Shown: piece after piece, positions 19,321 through 27,401 of the stretch
How the letters are laid out: the number at the start of each line of letters is the position of its first letter
Numbering within the stretch: position 1 is the stretch's first letter
From: Candidatus Omnitrophota bacterium
Lineage (GTDB): Bacteria; Omnitrophota; Gorgyraeia; Gorgyraeales; Gorgyraeaceae
Assembly (NCBI GenBank): GCA_042572045.1
Contig: JBHPFI010000004.1
Coordinates: 1 to 63,350, forward strand
DNA length: 63,350 bases
Direction: 5' to 3'
The notes under the pieces: generated by a model
What the model saw: the letters and a program-made list of their open reading frames with translations, nothing else
Database searches by the model: none
Told to the model about the DNA's origin: nothing
Position numbers and translations under genes: made by a program

Positions 19321-20313
19321 ATGCAAAACAGTTTGTTTACCGGCAAAAAAGTAATGATTACAGGAGGTTTGGGTTTTATCGGAAGTAACCTTGCGCATGA
19401 ATTAGTAAAATTGAAAGCCAGGGTATTAATTGTAGATTCACTATCTCCTTTATGTGGCGGAAATATTTTTAATATAAAAGGCATCAAGAATAAATGCAAA
19501 GTAGTCATAAGAGATATCAGTGAGCAGTCTTTTATGAATAGTTTGGTAAAAAATCAAGATTTCATTTTTAATTTGGCGGGTCAAGTAAGCCATGTTGATA
19601 GTACAGAAGACCCATTTCAGGATTTAGAGACCAATTGCCATGCGCAGCTTTCACTGCTCGAGGCTTGCAAAAAGCATAATCCGAAGGCAAAGATAGTTTT
19701 TGCTGGAACAAGGGGGCAGTACGGGAAAACTACATATTTACCTGTAGATGAAAATCATCCAATGAATCCAGCGGATGTTAATGGAATCAACAAGATAGCG
19801 GCAGAATCATATCACATGATATACCATAGACATTATGGCTTAAGAACAACTTCTCTTAGATTGACAAATACCTATGGGCCCAGGCAGCAGATGAAAAATA
19901 AAAATCAGGGTTTTGTGAATTTTTTTATTCGGTCACTCATGGAGAGTAAAAATATAAAAATTTTTGGAGATGGCATGCAACTTAGAGATCTTAATTATAT
20001 AGATGATGTGACAAAGGCATTTCTGATTTCCGCTGTAAGCCAAAAAACCGATGGCCAAGTTTTCAATTTAGGTAGCAATAAAGGCGTCAGTGTCATTGGT
20101 ATAGCAAATTTGGTTATTGAGTTATTTGGGGCTGGAAGAATTGAGCATATCTCTTTCCCGGAAAATTACAGCAAGGTAGAAATAGGGGATTATATTGCTG
20201 ACGTTGCAAAAATAAAACAAATTTTAAACTGGGAAGCTTCTGTTTCTTTAAAAGAGGGGCTAAAGGCTACAATTGCGTATTATAAAAAGAACAGAAGGCA
20301 CTATTGGGAATGA
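19321..20313 (+). CDS. NAD-dependent epimerase/dehydratase (extended SDR) with atypical catalytic motif
   Basis: 'ITGGLGFIGSN', 'FNLAGQVSH', 'LRLTNTYGPRQ' and 'RDLNYIDD'. YxxxK reads NGINK. Confidence 0.85.
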   Translation: MQNSLFTGKKVMITGGLGFIGSNLAHELVKLKARVLIVDSLSPLCGGNIFNIKGIKNKCKVVIRDISEQSFMNSLVKNQDFIFNLAGQVSHVDSTEDPFQDLETNCHAQLSLLEACKKHNPKAKIVFAGTRGQYGKTTYLPVDENHPMNPADVNGINKIAAESYHMIYHRHYGLRTTSLRLTNTYGPRQQMKNKNQGFVNFFIRSLMESKNIKIFGDGMQLRDLNYIDDVTKAFLISAVSQKTDGQVFNLGSNKGVSVIGIANLVIELFGAGRIEHISFPENYSKVEIGDYIADVAKIKQILNWEASVSLKEGLKATIAYYKKNRRHYWE

Positions 20314-20354
20314 TTATCTAGGCCATGCTTATTAGAAAGACTCAAGATTATATA

Positions 20355-20382
20355 TTGAAAAAAATATAGTTTATACTATAAT
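20355..20382 (+). promoter_or_regulatory. Sigma70-type internal promoter
   Basis: TTGAAA (20355-20360), a 16-nt spacer and TATAAT (20377-20382), then GGAGG before ATG 20421. Confidence 0.6.
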
Positions 20383-20401
20383 AGGAGCTAAATAGGAGCT
20401 A
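20380..20401. repeat. Perfect 11-bp tandem direct repeat AATAGGAGCTA x2
   Basis: Read directly at 20380-20390 and 20391-20401. It overlaps the -10 box and predicted transcription start. Confidence 0.85.
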
Positions 20402-20420
20402 TATTAAAAGGGAGGTATCT

Positions 20421-21188
20421 ATGGGATACAATGTTGAGAAGTTTAAAAATCTATGTAAGGACAAGGGGTTTCTTGTTGCGCTTGGAAAGACAATGAGTTA
20501 TATGACATTTCTTGCGAGGAGGCGTAATCTTGAAAAGACCTGGAGTAGGGCATGCCTCAGGTCAGGCAGGCTTGAAGTAAAAGGATGGAATACAGGGCCA
20601 AGGTTTTTTTGGAATGGCAAGGAGTTGACAAAAAGCGCAGGGATGAACACGGCTATATTTGTAAATGGAAGATGGCATGATTCATCCAAGGCAAACTGGA
20701 AGCTTGCTCATGTAGAGTCTGATAGTTTGGTATTGAGAAATGCCTGGAACTCTTTACCTATAAAAGAGACATGGATCATATCCAAGGTTGGCAATGACAT
20801 ATTGAGGTGCGAGGTAAAAATAGAACCTAGTAAGGAGATCGAGTTTATCGAGCAGAAATTCATACTCATGCTTTCCGAGAAGTTCAATCAATGGTTTGAC
20901 AGTGCAAATAACCCGGTTAAATTTCTTGAATTTAAAGAGTGGAGTGGAATAAAACAGGTCAAGAAAGACAGCGATTTTATAGGTGTGCAATCAAACGTTG
21001 ACAAGACCCTGCCGAAGGTCACTTTAAGAAAGATAGGTCCAGGGCAGAATCTTTATGCGCAGATAGAAAACAGCGACGTTAAGACCAAAGCGCCTCTATT
21101 GAGTTTTGTCTCTTCCGTGAGAGATAGAGATCTAAAATACAAAAAAGGGTCCAACCCATTTTTTAAAGTAGAGATAAAAGTAAAATGA
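20421..21188 (+). CDS. Hypothetical protein: standalone copy of a ~200-aa beta-rich domain also fused to the next radical SAM enzyme
   Basis: Strong RBS. Aligns by eye with the C-terminus of 21185..23329 (W..ELTK..G; W..SS.A.W; RN.W..LPI...W; MLSEK...W). Confidence 0.8.
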   Translation: MGYNVEKFKNLCKDKGFLVALGKTMSYMTFLARRRNLEKTWSRACLRSGRLEVKGWNTGPRFFWNGKELTKSAGMNTAIFVNGRWHDSSKANWKLAHVESDSLVLRNAWNSLPIKETWIISKVGNDILRCEVKIEPSKEIEFIEQKFILMLSEKFNQWFDSANNPVKFLEFKEWSGIKQVKKDSDFIGVQSNVDKTLPKVTLRKIGPGQNLYAQIENSDVKTKAPLLSFVSSVRDRDLKYKKGSNPFFKVEIKVK

Positions 21189-23329
21189 AAATAGTATTAG
21201 CAAATTTACCCTGGAAGGTCCGCGATAGGTGGGGCGTGCGGGCTGGTTCCAGATGGCCACATATAAAATCCTACCAGGAAGGTGATTATCTCCCATTTCC
21301 TTTTTTCCTTGCCTATGCTGCAGCGCTTCTGAAAAAGAATGGCCATAGCGTTTACCTGATCGATGCCATAGCAGAGAAAATACATTATGAAGATTTTATC
21401 AGAAAGGTCAAGGGGGTCGCTCCTGATTTTATAGTTGCAGAAACGTCTACAGCATCGCTCTATAACGACACGGTTATTTTAAAGAGGTTAAGCAAGAAGG
21501 CCAAGATAGTCGTATGCGGACCAGATATAAATATTACAAAAGAAGATTTTTTGAAGGCCAATAGCTTTATTAGTTATGTATTAGTTGGTGAATACGAGAT
21601 GACGCTGCTGAACTTGCTACAACATCTGGATAAAGGCAGGAATATTGCCGGTGTTCTGGGGGTTATATATAGGCTAGATGGTAAGGTAATACGCAATCCA
21701 GATAGACCTTTATTGGAAGACCTGGACGTCCTTCCATGGCCGATGCGCGAATCTTTGCCAATGGAGAGGTATTTTGATATACCTGGAGACCTTGACCTGC
21801 CCAGCGTCCAGATGCTTTCATCAAGAGGCTGCCCTTTTCAGTGCATATTCTGCGCATGGCCGCAGATCATGTATAAAAAGGGAAATTATAGAACAAGGAG
21901 CGTAAGGGATGTAGTGGATGAGATGGAATACCTGGTGAATTATTATGGCTTTAAGTCAATCTATTTTGATGATGACACATGGAATATCGGTAAAGACAGG
22001 GTTCTTGAATTCTGCAAGGAGATTACTTCCATGAGGGACAAGAAACGCTTGAATGTACCCTGGGCAATGATGGCAAGGGCTGACCTGATGGATGAGGGGC
22101 AATTGGTGGCATTGAAGAAGTCAGGACTTCATGCTGTTAAATATGGCATAGAATCTGCTGATCAAGCTATGCTTGACAGGGCAAAGAAATCCATGGATTT
22201 CAAAAAGGCGGATCGCATGGTTAATCTTACCATGGCAATGGGGATAAACACGCATCTTACTTTTACCTTTGGATTGCCATGTGAGACAAAAGAGACTGTA
22301 GAAAAGACAATAGGCTATGCATTAAAGACTAATCCTGTATCAGCGCAGTTTTCTATAACCACCCCTTATCCAGGCACAGATTATTTTCTGGATCTGGAGA
22401 GAGGGGATCGCCTCTTAACAAGGGATTGGTCAGAATATGACGGAAATCACAAAGGTGTTTTTAATGGCGAGTTTCTTACAAGAGAAGAGCTCGTGGCAGC
22501 AAAGGAAAGGGCCATTACGTCATGGGGGAATCATTGTAGATATAGGCAACCAGCCCGGGATTTTCCTATAAGGAAATTGGTATTTAAATTCTGGAATTAT
22601 ATTTTTACTAAAGGTCTGTCTTTTGCAATATACAAGGTGTTTGATTATATGAGGTTTGCGGTAAAGAGAAGCGAGTTATATCAGAGAACAAACATGCATA
22701 AGATAGAGAAGGGGAGACTGAAGATCTTATTTGGCCTGGGAAAGGTCAATATCCTATGGGATAACGTCGAATTGACAAAAGGGGTCGGACTTTTTACGTC
22801 TATATCGCTATATAAAAACTGGTCTAATTCATCGCAGGCAGACTGGCATATCATAAAAGCTTCAGGTGATTCAGTGACAATGAGAAATGATTGGAAGAAC
22901 CTTCCGATCAGCCAGCTCTGGAGACTTTCTATTATTGATGAAAACAAGATCGATTGGGATATTAAGATTATTTACAAAGAAGATACCACATTGGATATGG
23001 AAAAGGCAGGTATAATGCTCTCAGAGAAATACGATAAATGGATCGTAGGTGATAGAGAAGGCGAGTTCAGTCTTGGCAGGAATTGGCAGGAGATAAATTT
23101 TAAAGATGTATCTAAAAGAGAGGTGCGTGCTACCAGAAGTACACCCAGCTCAAGGTTCCCGGATATAGCTTTAGAGTATTCAATAGATGGTATAAGCGGT
23201 GTATTACAGATCCAGAGTTCTTCCAGGGATTTAAAAGCCAGATTTATCAACACAAACCTCGCCAGCCGATATTATTACAAACGCGGAGAGTATAATTTCT
23301 TTAAAGGCAGGATACTCATAGGGACGTAG
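21185..23329 (+). CDS. Cobalamin-binding radical SAM enzyme (HpnJ-like N-terminus) with extra C-terminal beta-rich domain
   Basis: 'RAGSRWPH', 'PFPFFLAYAAALL', 'VGEYE', 'SRGCPFQCIFC', 'YFDDDT', 'GIES' and 'TPYPGT'. 714 aa. Confidence 0.9.
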   Translation: MKIVLANLPWKVRDRWGVRAGSRWPHIKSYQEGDYLPFPFFLAYAAALLKKNGHSVYLIDAIAEKIHYEDFIRKVKGVAPDFIVAETSTASLYNDTVILKRLSKKAKIVVCGPDINITKEDFLKANSFISYVLVGEYEMTLLNLLQHLDKGRNIAGVLGVIYRLDGKVIRNPDRPLLEDLDVLPWPMRESLPMERYFDIPGDLDLPSVQMLSSRGCPFQCIFCAWPQIMYKKGNYRTRSVRDVVDEMEYLVNYYGFKSIYFDDDTWNIGKDRVLEFCKEITSMRDKKRLNVPWAMMARADLMDEGQLVALKKSGLHAVKYGIESADQAMLDRAKKSMDFKKADRMVNLTMAMGINTHLTFTFGLPCETKETVEKTIGYALKTNPVSAQFSITTPYPGTDYFLDLERGDRLLTRDWSEYDGNHKGVFNGEFLTREELVAAKERAITSWGNHCRYRQPARDFPIRKLVFKFWNYIFTKGLSFAIYKVFDYMRFAVKRSELYQRTNMHKIEKGRLKILFGLGKVNILWDNVELTKGVGLFTSISLYKNWSNSSQADWHIIKASGDSVTMRNDWKNLPISQLWRLSIIDENKIDWDIKIIYKEDTTLDMEKAGIMLSEKYDKWIVGDREGEFSLGRNWQEINFKDVSKREVRATRSTPSSRFPDIALEYSIDGISGVLQIQSSSRDLKARFINTNLASRYYYKRGEYNFFKGRILIGT

Positions 23330-23352
23330 CTGCAGAGCTTGCCCTGCTAATA

Positions 23353-23370
23353 GGCAAAGTAAACTTTGCC
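23353..23370. promoter_or_regulatory. Perfect palindrome GGCAAAGT-AA-ACTTTGCC (operator or hairpin)
   Basis: 8-bp inverted arms with a 2-bp centre, 8 nt before ATG 23379. Function unknown. Confidence 0.4.
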
Positions 23371-23378
23371 GCTACATT

Positions 23379-24710
23379 ATGCATATGAGGTTATTACTGG
23401 ATAGAAAAAGGTCGCTTCCGAAATTGTTCATGGGATATTTAAAGAACAATGGCCTTCCATATGCCATGAAAAAGGTGTTCAAATACCTCAATCCTAAAAA
23501 TATACGACAGGAACACCTCGAGATGATAGGTATCTTTGACGGAGAATATGCCTATTCAGGCCCTAGCTTTGTACAGATAGACATAACTAATAACTGCAAT
23601 AATGATTGTATCGGGTGCTGGTGCAATTCACCTTTACTGGGGGATAGGAGATTGTCGCCTGAGGTCAAATCTCAAACCTTGTCTCTGGATATAGTGAAAT
23701 CGCTTCTGGACGAGGTTTCGGATATGGGTGCTAAAGAGATATATTACGCAGGCGGGGGAGAGCCATTTATGCATCCTAGAATGATGGAGATCCTGGAGTA
23801 CACAAAAAAGAAAAATCTTGCATGTTACGTAAATACAAACTTTACATTGATTGACAAGAAAAGGGCAAAAGAGATAGCGGATTTAGGTGTTGAGCACCTT
23901 ACAGTAAGCGTATGGGCAGGGACACCTGAGACGTACGCAAAGACCCATCCCAATAAGGACAAAGAGACATTCCATCGCATAAAAGATACGCTTTTGTACC
24001 TGAACTCCCTAAAAGGAGATGTTAAAAAACCATACATAAAGGTCTATCATGTAATCTCTAATATGAATTATCACGAGATATTCGAGATGGTGGATTTTGC
24101 GCTGGATACCGGTTCAGAATCGCTTGAATTCACAGTGATAGATACTATACCGGATGCAACAGATGCCTTGCTGGTCAACAGGGATGAGGCGATGGAGGTA
24201 GCACGTAAATGCGATATATTAAAATCCCGAATAGATAAAGGTGAGTTCAAGAAGAGCTTAAGGATTTTAAACTGGGAACATTTTTATCGACGCATTTCAA
24301 GTACTTTTGCTGAACAGGGGCAGTACGATAAAGGCCTTTTAGACGGGCTGCCATGCTATGTTGGCTGGACCTTTGCCAGGATACTTGCTGACGGAAATGT
24401 GAATTCATGTCTTAAGAGCCACAGGTTTCCTGTAGGAAACATATGCCGCATGAAATTTTCAAAGATATGGAATTCTCCAAGACAGAGAGAATTCAGGAAG
24501 AACGCTCTTAAGCGCAAAGAGGGAAATCAGTTTTTTGCAAAGATAGGTAATGACCCTAGCCTGAAGCTAGGATGCTACAAAAGCTGTGATGATGTAGGCA
24601 GGAATCTTTATATGCAGAGCAAGATCTCTTCCATAAGCGAATCAAAAGGGTTTTTATTAAAGAATCTAGCCAAATATTTCAGGGCCAGGAGGTTTTGTGC
24701 TCGTTTCTGA
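23379..24710 (+). CDS. Radical SAM enzyme with SPASM/twitch domain
   Basis: 'CNNDCIGC', 'GGGEPF' and 'CYVGWTFARILADGNVNSC...CYKSCDD'. Confidence 0.9.
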   Translation: MHMRLLLDRKRSLPKLFMGYLKNNGLPYAMKKVFKYLNPKNIRQEHLEMIGIFDGEYAYSGPSFVQIDITNNCNNDCIGCWCNSPLLGDRRLSPEVKSQTLSLDIVKSLLDEVSDMGAKEIYYAGGGEPFMHPRMMEILEYTKKKNLACYVNTNFTLIDKKRAKEIADLGVEHLTVSVWAGTPETYAKTHPNKDKETFHRIKDTLLYLNSLKGDVKKPYIKVYHVISNMNYHEIFEMVDFALDTGSESLEFTVIDTIPDATDALLVNRDEAMEVARKCDILKSRIDKGEFKKSLRILNWEHFYRRISSTFAEQGQYDKGLLDGLPCYVGWTFARILADGNVNSCLKSHRFPVGNICRMKFSKIWNSPRQREFRKNALKRKEGNQFFAKIGNDPSLKLGCYKSCDDVGRNLYMQSKISSISESKGFLLKNLAKYFRARRFCARF

Positions 24711-25716
24711 GGGTATTAAAAAACGTACGGTTAAGCCCGGTTTTTGCTGCTATGGCATAGTGGATCACTGTATGCTGAGATGTAAGATGTGTTATAAGTG
24801 GAAAGAGGATATTGCAGTAAAAAATCCAAGAGATGTCCCTTCGATGAGAGACTGGAAAACCTGCACGGATTCGCTTAGAGAAATAACAGGCCCCGGTTTT
24901 CTGATTAATTTTGGAGGAGGAGAACCTTTGCTTAAAAGAGATCTCTTAGAGCTTGTGAAGCATTGCAAGAAAAAGAGATTTATTACAAATATAGCAACAA
25001 ATGCCTATCTAATAGATGAGGATATGGCGCGGCGCATAGCTGATTCAGGCCTGGATAGCATAAATGTCTCCCTGGACAGCCTTGATGATAAAATCCACGA
25101 TTTCTTACGCGGCATTCCAGGGGTTTTTGGTAGGGCCATGAAGGCGATAGAATATCTTGATAGATACTGCACGGATCTTGAGATAATTATATGTTCAGTT
25201 ATCTATGATATAAGTCAAGACGGAATAGTAGATCTTGTAAAGTGGGCCAATTCCGATTCGAGAATTACACGTATAATTTTCATGGCTGCGATGCAGCCTA
25301 ATAATACTCCTCTAGATGGACATTGGTATGAGAATGAACATAGTTTTTTGTGGCCCAAGGATCCTGATAGGGTCTGTGGGAAGATAGATGAGATCCTGGA
25401 TTTAAAGAGACAGGGCTACAATGTAGGCAATGAAATTTTTCAATTAGAGGCATTCAAAAGATATTTTCACAATCCCGGTAATTTTGTCAAAAAAGGCAAG
25501 TGTAATCTTGATAAGGCTATCCATGTGAGCTCTGTTGGAGATATATATATGTGCTACAGGCGGGTCCTTTTGGGAAATATAAAAAAAGATAATCTAGCTG
25601 ATTTATGGTATTCAGAAAAAGCAGATGAGATAAGAAAAACCATAAGTTCCTGTGAAGACAATTGCCATTTTTTATTAAATTGTTATTTTGAAGAGGAGAG
25701 TTTCGATGAGCGTTGA
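24697..25716 (+). CDS. Radical SAM enzyme with SPASM/twitch domain
   Basis: 'CMLRCKMC', 'GGGEPLL', 'SLDS..IHDFLRG' and 'C......V...GDIYMC...C..NCHFLLNC'. Confidence 0.9.
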   Translation: MLVSEGIKKRTVKPGFCCYGIVDHCMLRCKMCYKWKEDIAVKNPRDVPSMRDWKTCTDSLREITGPGFLINFGGGEPLLKRDLLELVKHCKKKRFITNIATNAYLIDEDMARRIADSGLDSINVSLDSLDDKIHDFLRGIPGVFGRAMKAIEYLDRYCTDLEIIICSVIYDISQDGIVDLVKWANSDSRITRIIFMAAMQPNNTPLDGHWYENEHSFLWPKDPDRVCGKIDEILDLKRQGYNVGNEIFQLEAFKRYFHNPGNFVKKGKCNLDKAIHVSSVGDIYMCYRRVLLGNIKKDNLADLWYSEKADEIRKTISSCEDNCHFLLNCYFEEESFDER

Positions 25717-27253
25717 GTGCCAAGTGAAAGTAGAAGATATAATACAGACAGAGCGATTAGAGATAGGGTTCGGCTATTATTTATTTGCCAACGATAGCGA
25801 GTTACATGACAGGATAGCCGGGAAAAAAGGAGATTTTGAAAGGATCCGGAAGAATTTGAATAATGCCCGGTCTCTTAAGATAGGCTTGTCGCGTTATAAT
25901 TTCTATTGTCTGGATAGAATATTGAAATACGCTGCTTCATTTCTGGGTATAGATGTAGACGTGGATTCATTAAAGATAGAGATATTTCCAGTAACTGAGT
26001 GCTACTCAAGGTTTAATGATTATTTGAAAAAATTGAAAGAGATCGCCTTGGCTGGTAACATTGAATTCATCCTTCATGATAGCGAGTTAGGTGAGATATT
26101 AGAAAAAGTTTCAAGGTATGCGAAAGAAAAGATATGCGCTGAAAAAGAACTTGTAAGGTTTCTTAGTATTATAAGTGAAGAAGCCTTTATAGGTCCTCAG
26201 ACAATAGTATTCGATCCGTTTCACAGGTGTAACCAGAATTGCATACATTGCTGGGTACATACGCCATCCGTAAAACATCCTCAGGAATTTCTAAATAGGG
26301 AGTTTGATTTTGATCTCTTCAGGAGAATTATAGATGATGCCTCAGATATGATGGTGGATGGTATTATTTTACAGGGGGATGGAGAACCCCTTATGTACGA
26401 CAAGTTCAGGGATATGCTGCGTTATGCCAAAGACAAGGGGCTTGGCATACTCTTTTTCACAAACGGTATTCTTTTGAACGAAGAGGTTGCAAAAGAGATT
26501 ATAGATCTAGAGGTCAATGAGATATACTGCAGTTTTCCTGCGGGGACTCCAGAGGTGTACCATAAAGTCAGCGCCACGCAGCCAGAGAAGACATTTCATA
26601 TTATTACCGAGAACATGAAAAGATTCATGGAGATACGTAGAGAGGCTGGGAAGTCATTTCCTCATGTAATTATCAGTCACGTTATACACAATATGAATTA
26701 TCATGAGCTGATAGAGATGGCGATGAACGATTGCTATATGAAGCCCGATGCAGTGAGGTATTATCTTATACGACTCGACGTCATGAATCGTTTTCTCCAG
26801 TTAAAGCCCGAACATGTAGAGAGCATAAAGGGCGTGGTTCCAAAGATAGCAGACATATTACAAAAGGGCGAGATCGAGTTTGTGGATAATTTTGGATTTC
26901 AACTTGATAACTATGACGAAAAGACAGGTGCATGGTCAAAGGATTTCTTTCTGAAGAATGGTTGTAGCATAGGATGGTACTTTAATCTTATACCCGCAAA
27001 GTATGACATGAGTTTCTGCTGTCACTTGCGCACAGTAGGTTACGTGGATAAAAAATCCTACAAAGACATATGGTTTTCAAAAGAATACAAGAGATGGAGA
27101 AGACAGGCCAAATATATGAAGGCCAATGTGAATGCCAGGTTTTTAAATGGCCAGATACTGTACGATGAGCATTGTAACCACTGCGATAACCACCAGACCA
27201 TTCTCAGTAATATGAAGAAGATGAAAGAACTTGACCTCTACAAATACGTTTAA
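25706..27253 (+). CDS. Radical SAM/SPASM enzyme with extra N-terminal region; core paralogous to 23379..24710
   Basis: GAGGAG before ATG 25706. 'GPQTIVFD...CNQNCIHCW', 'GDGEPL' and 'CSIGWYF...FCC...CNHCDN'. Confidence 0.9.
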   Translation: MSVECQVKVEDIIQTERLEIGFGYYLFANDSELHDRIAGKKGDFERIRKNLNNARSLKIGLSRYNFYCLDRILKYAASFLGIDVDVDSLKIEIFPVTECYSRFNDYLKKLKEIALAGNIEFILHDSELGEILEKVSRYAKEKICAEKELVRFLSIISEEAFIGPQTIVFDPFHRCNQNCIHCWVHTPSVKHPQEFLNREFDFDLFRRIIDDASDMMVDGIILQGDGEPLMYDKFRDMLRYAKDKGLGILFFTNGILLNEEVAKEIIDLEVNEIYCSFPAGTPEVYHKVSATQPEKTFHIITENMKRFMEIRREAGKSFPHVIISHVIHNMNYHELIEMAMNDCYMKPDAVRYYLIRLDVMNRFLQLKPEHVESIKGVVPKIADILQKGEIEFVDNFGFQLDNYDEKTGAWSKDFFLKNGCSIGWYFNLIPAKYDMSFCCHLRTVGYVDKKSYKDIWFSKEYKRWRRQAKYMKANVNARFLNGQILYDEHCNHCDNHQTILSNMKKMKELDLYKYV

Positions 27254-27262
27254 GGATAAAAG

Positions 27263-27400
27263 ATGTTATATAGAGTAGTCAATAATAGATTGATTCGAGC
27301 TTTGTTTGTAGTCTTTATGTTTATGCTTTCTCTTTTAGCAGAATCTTATCTCTGGATTCTTAAGAAGGCCAGAGGTATTGTCATATTCCCAGGAAATTGA
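27263..27400 (+). CDS. Small 45-aa single-pass membrane protein (below the ORF-track cutoff)
   Basis: MLYRVVNNRLIRALFVVFMFMLSLLAESYLWILKKARGIVIFPGN. It starts 9 nt after the previous stop with AGGA upstream, and its stop is 1 nt before the next ATG, exactly filling the gap. Confidence 0.65.
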   Translation: MLYRVVNNRLIRALFVVFMFMLSLLAESYLWILKKARGIVIFPGN

Positions 27401-27401
27401 T

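Noticed and set aside
20380-20401. CRISPR-like repeats
   Set aside because: Only two abutting 11-bp units with no spacers. I saw no array or cas gene in the window.
9450-27400. RiPP cluster interpretation of the SPASM enzymes
   Set aside because: No PqqD/RRE domain, peptidase or peptide exporter is visible, and there is no Cys/Trp-patterned precursor. The only small ORF is a TM helix, and the context is glycosyltransferases.
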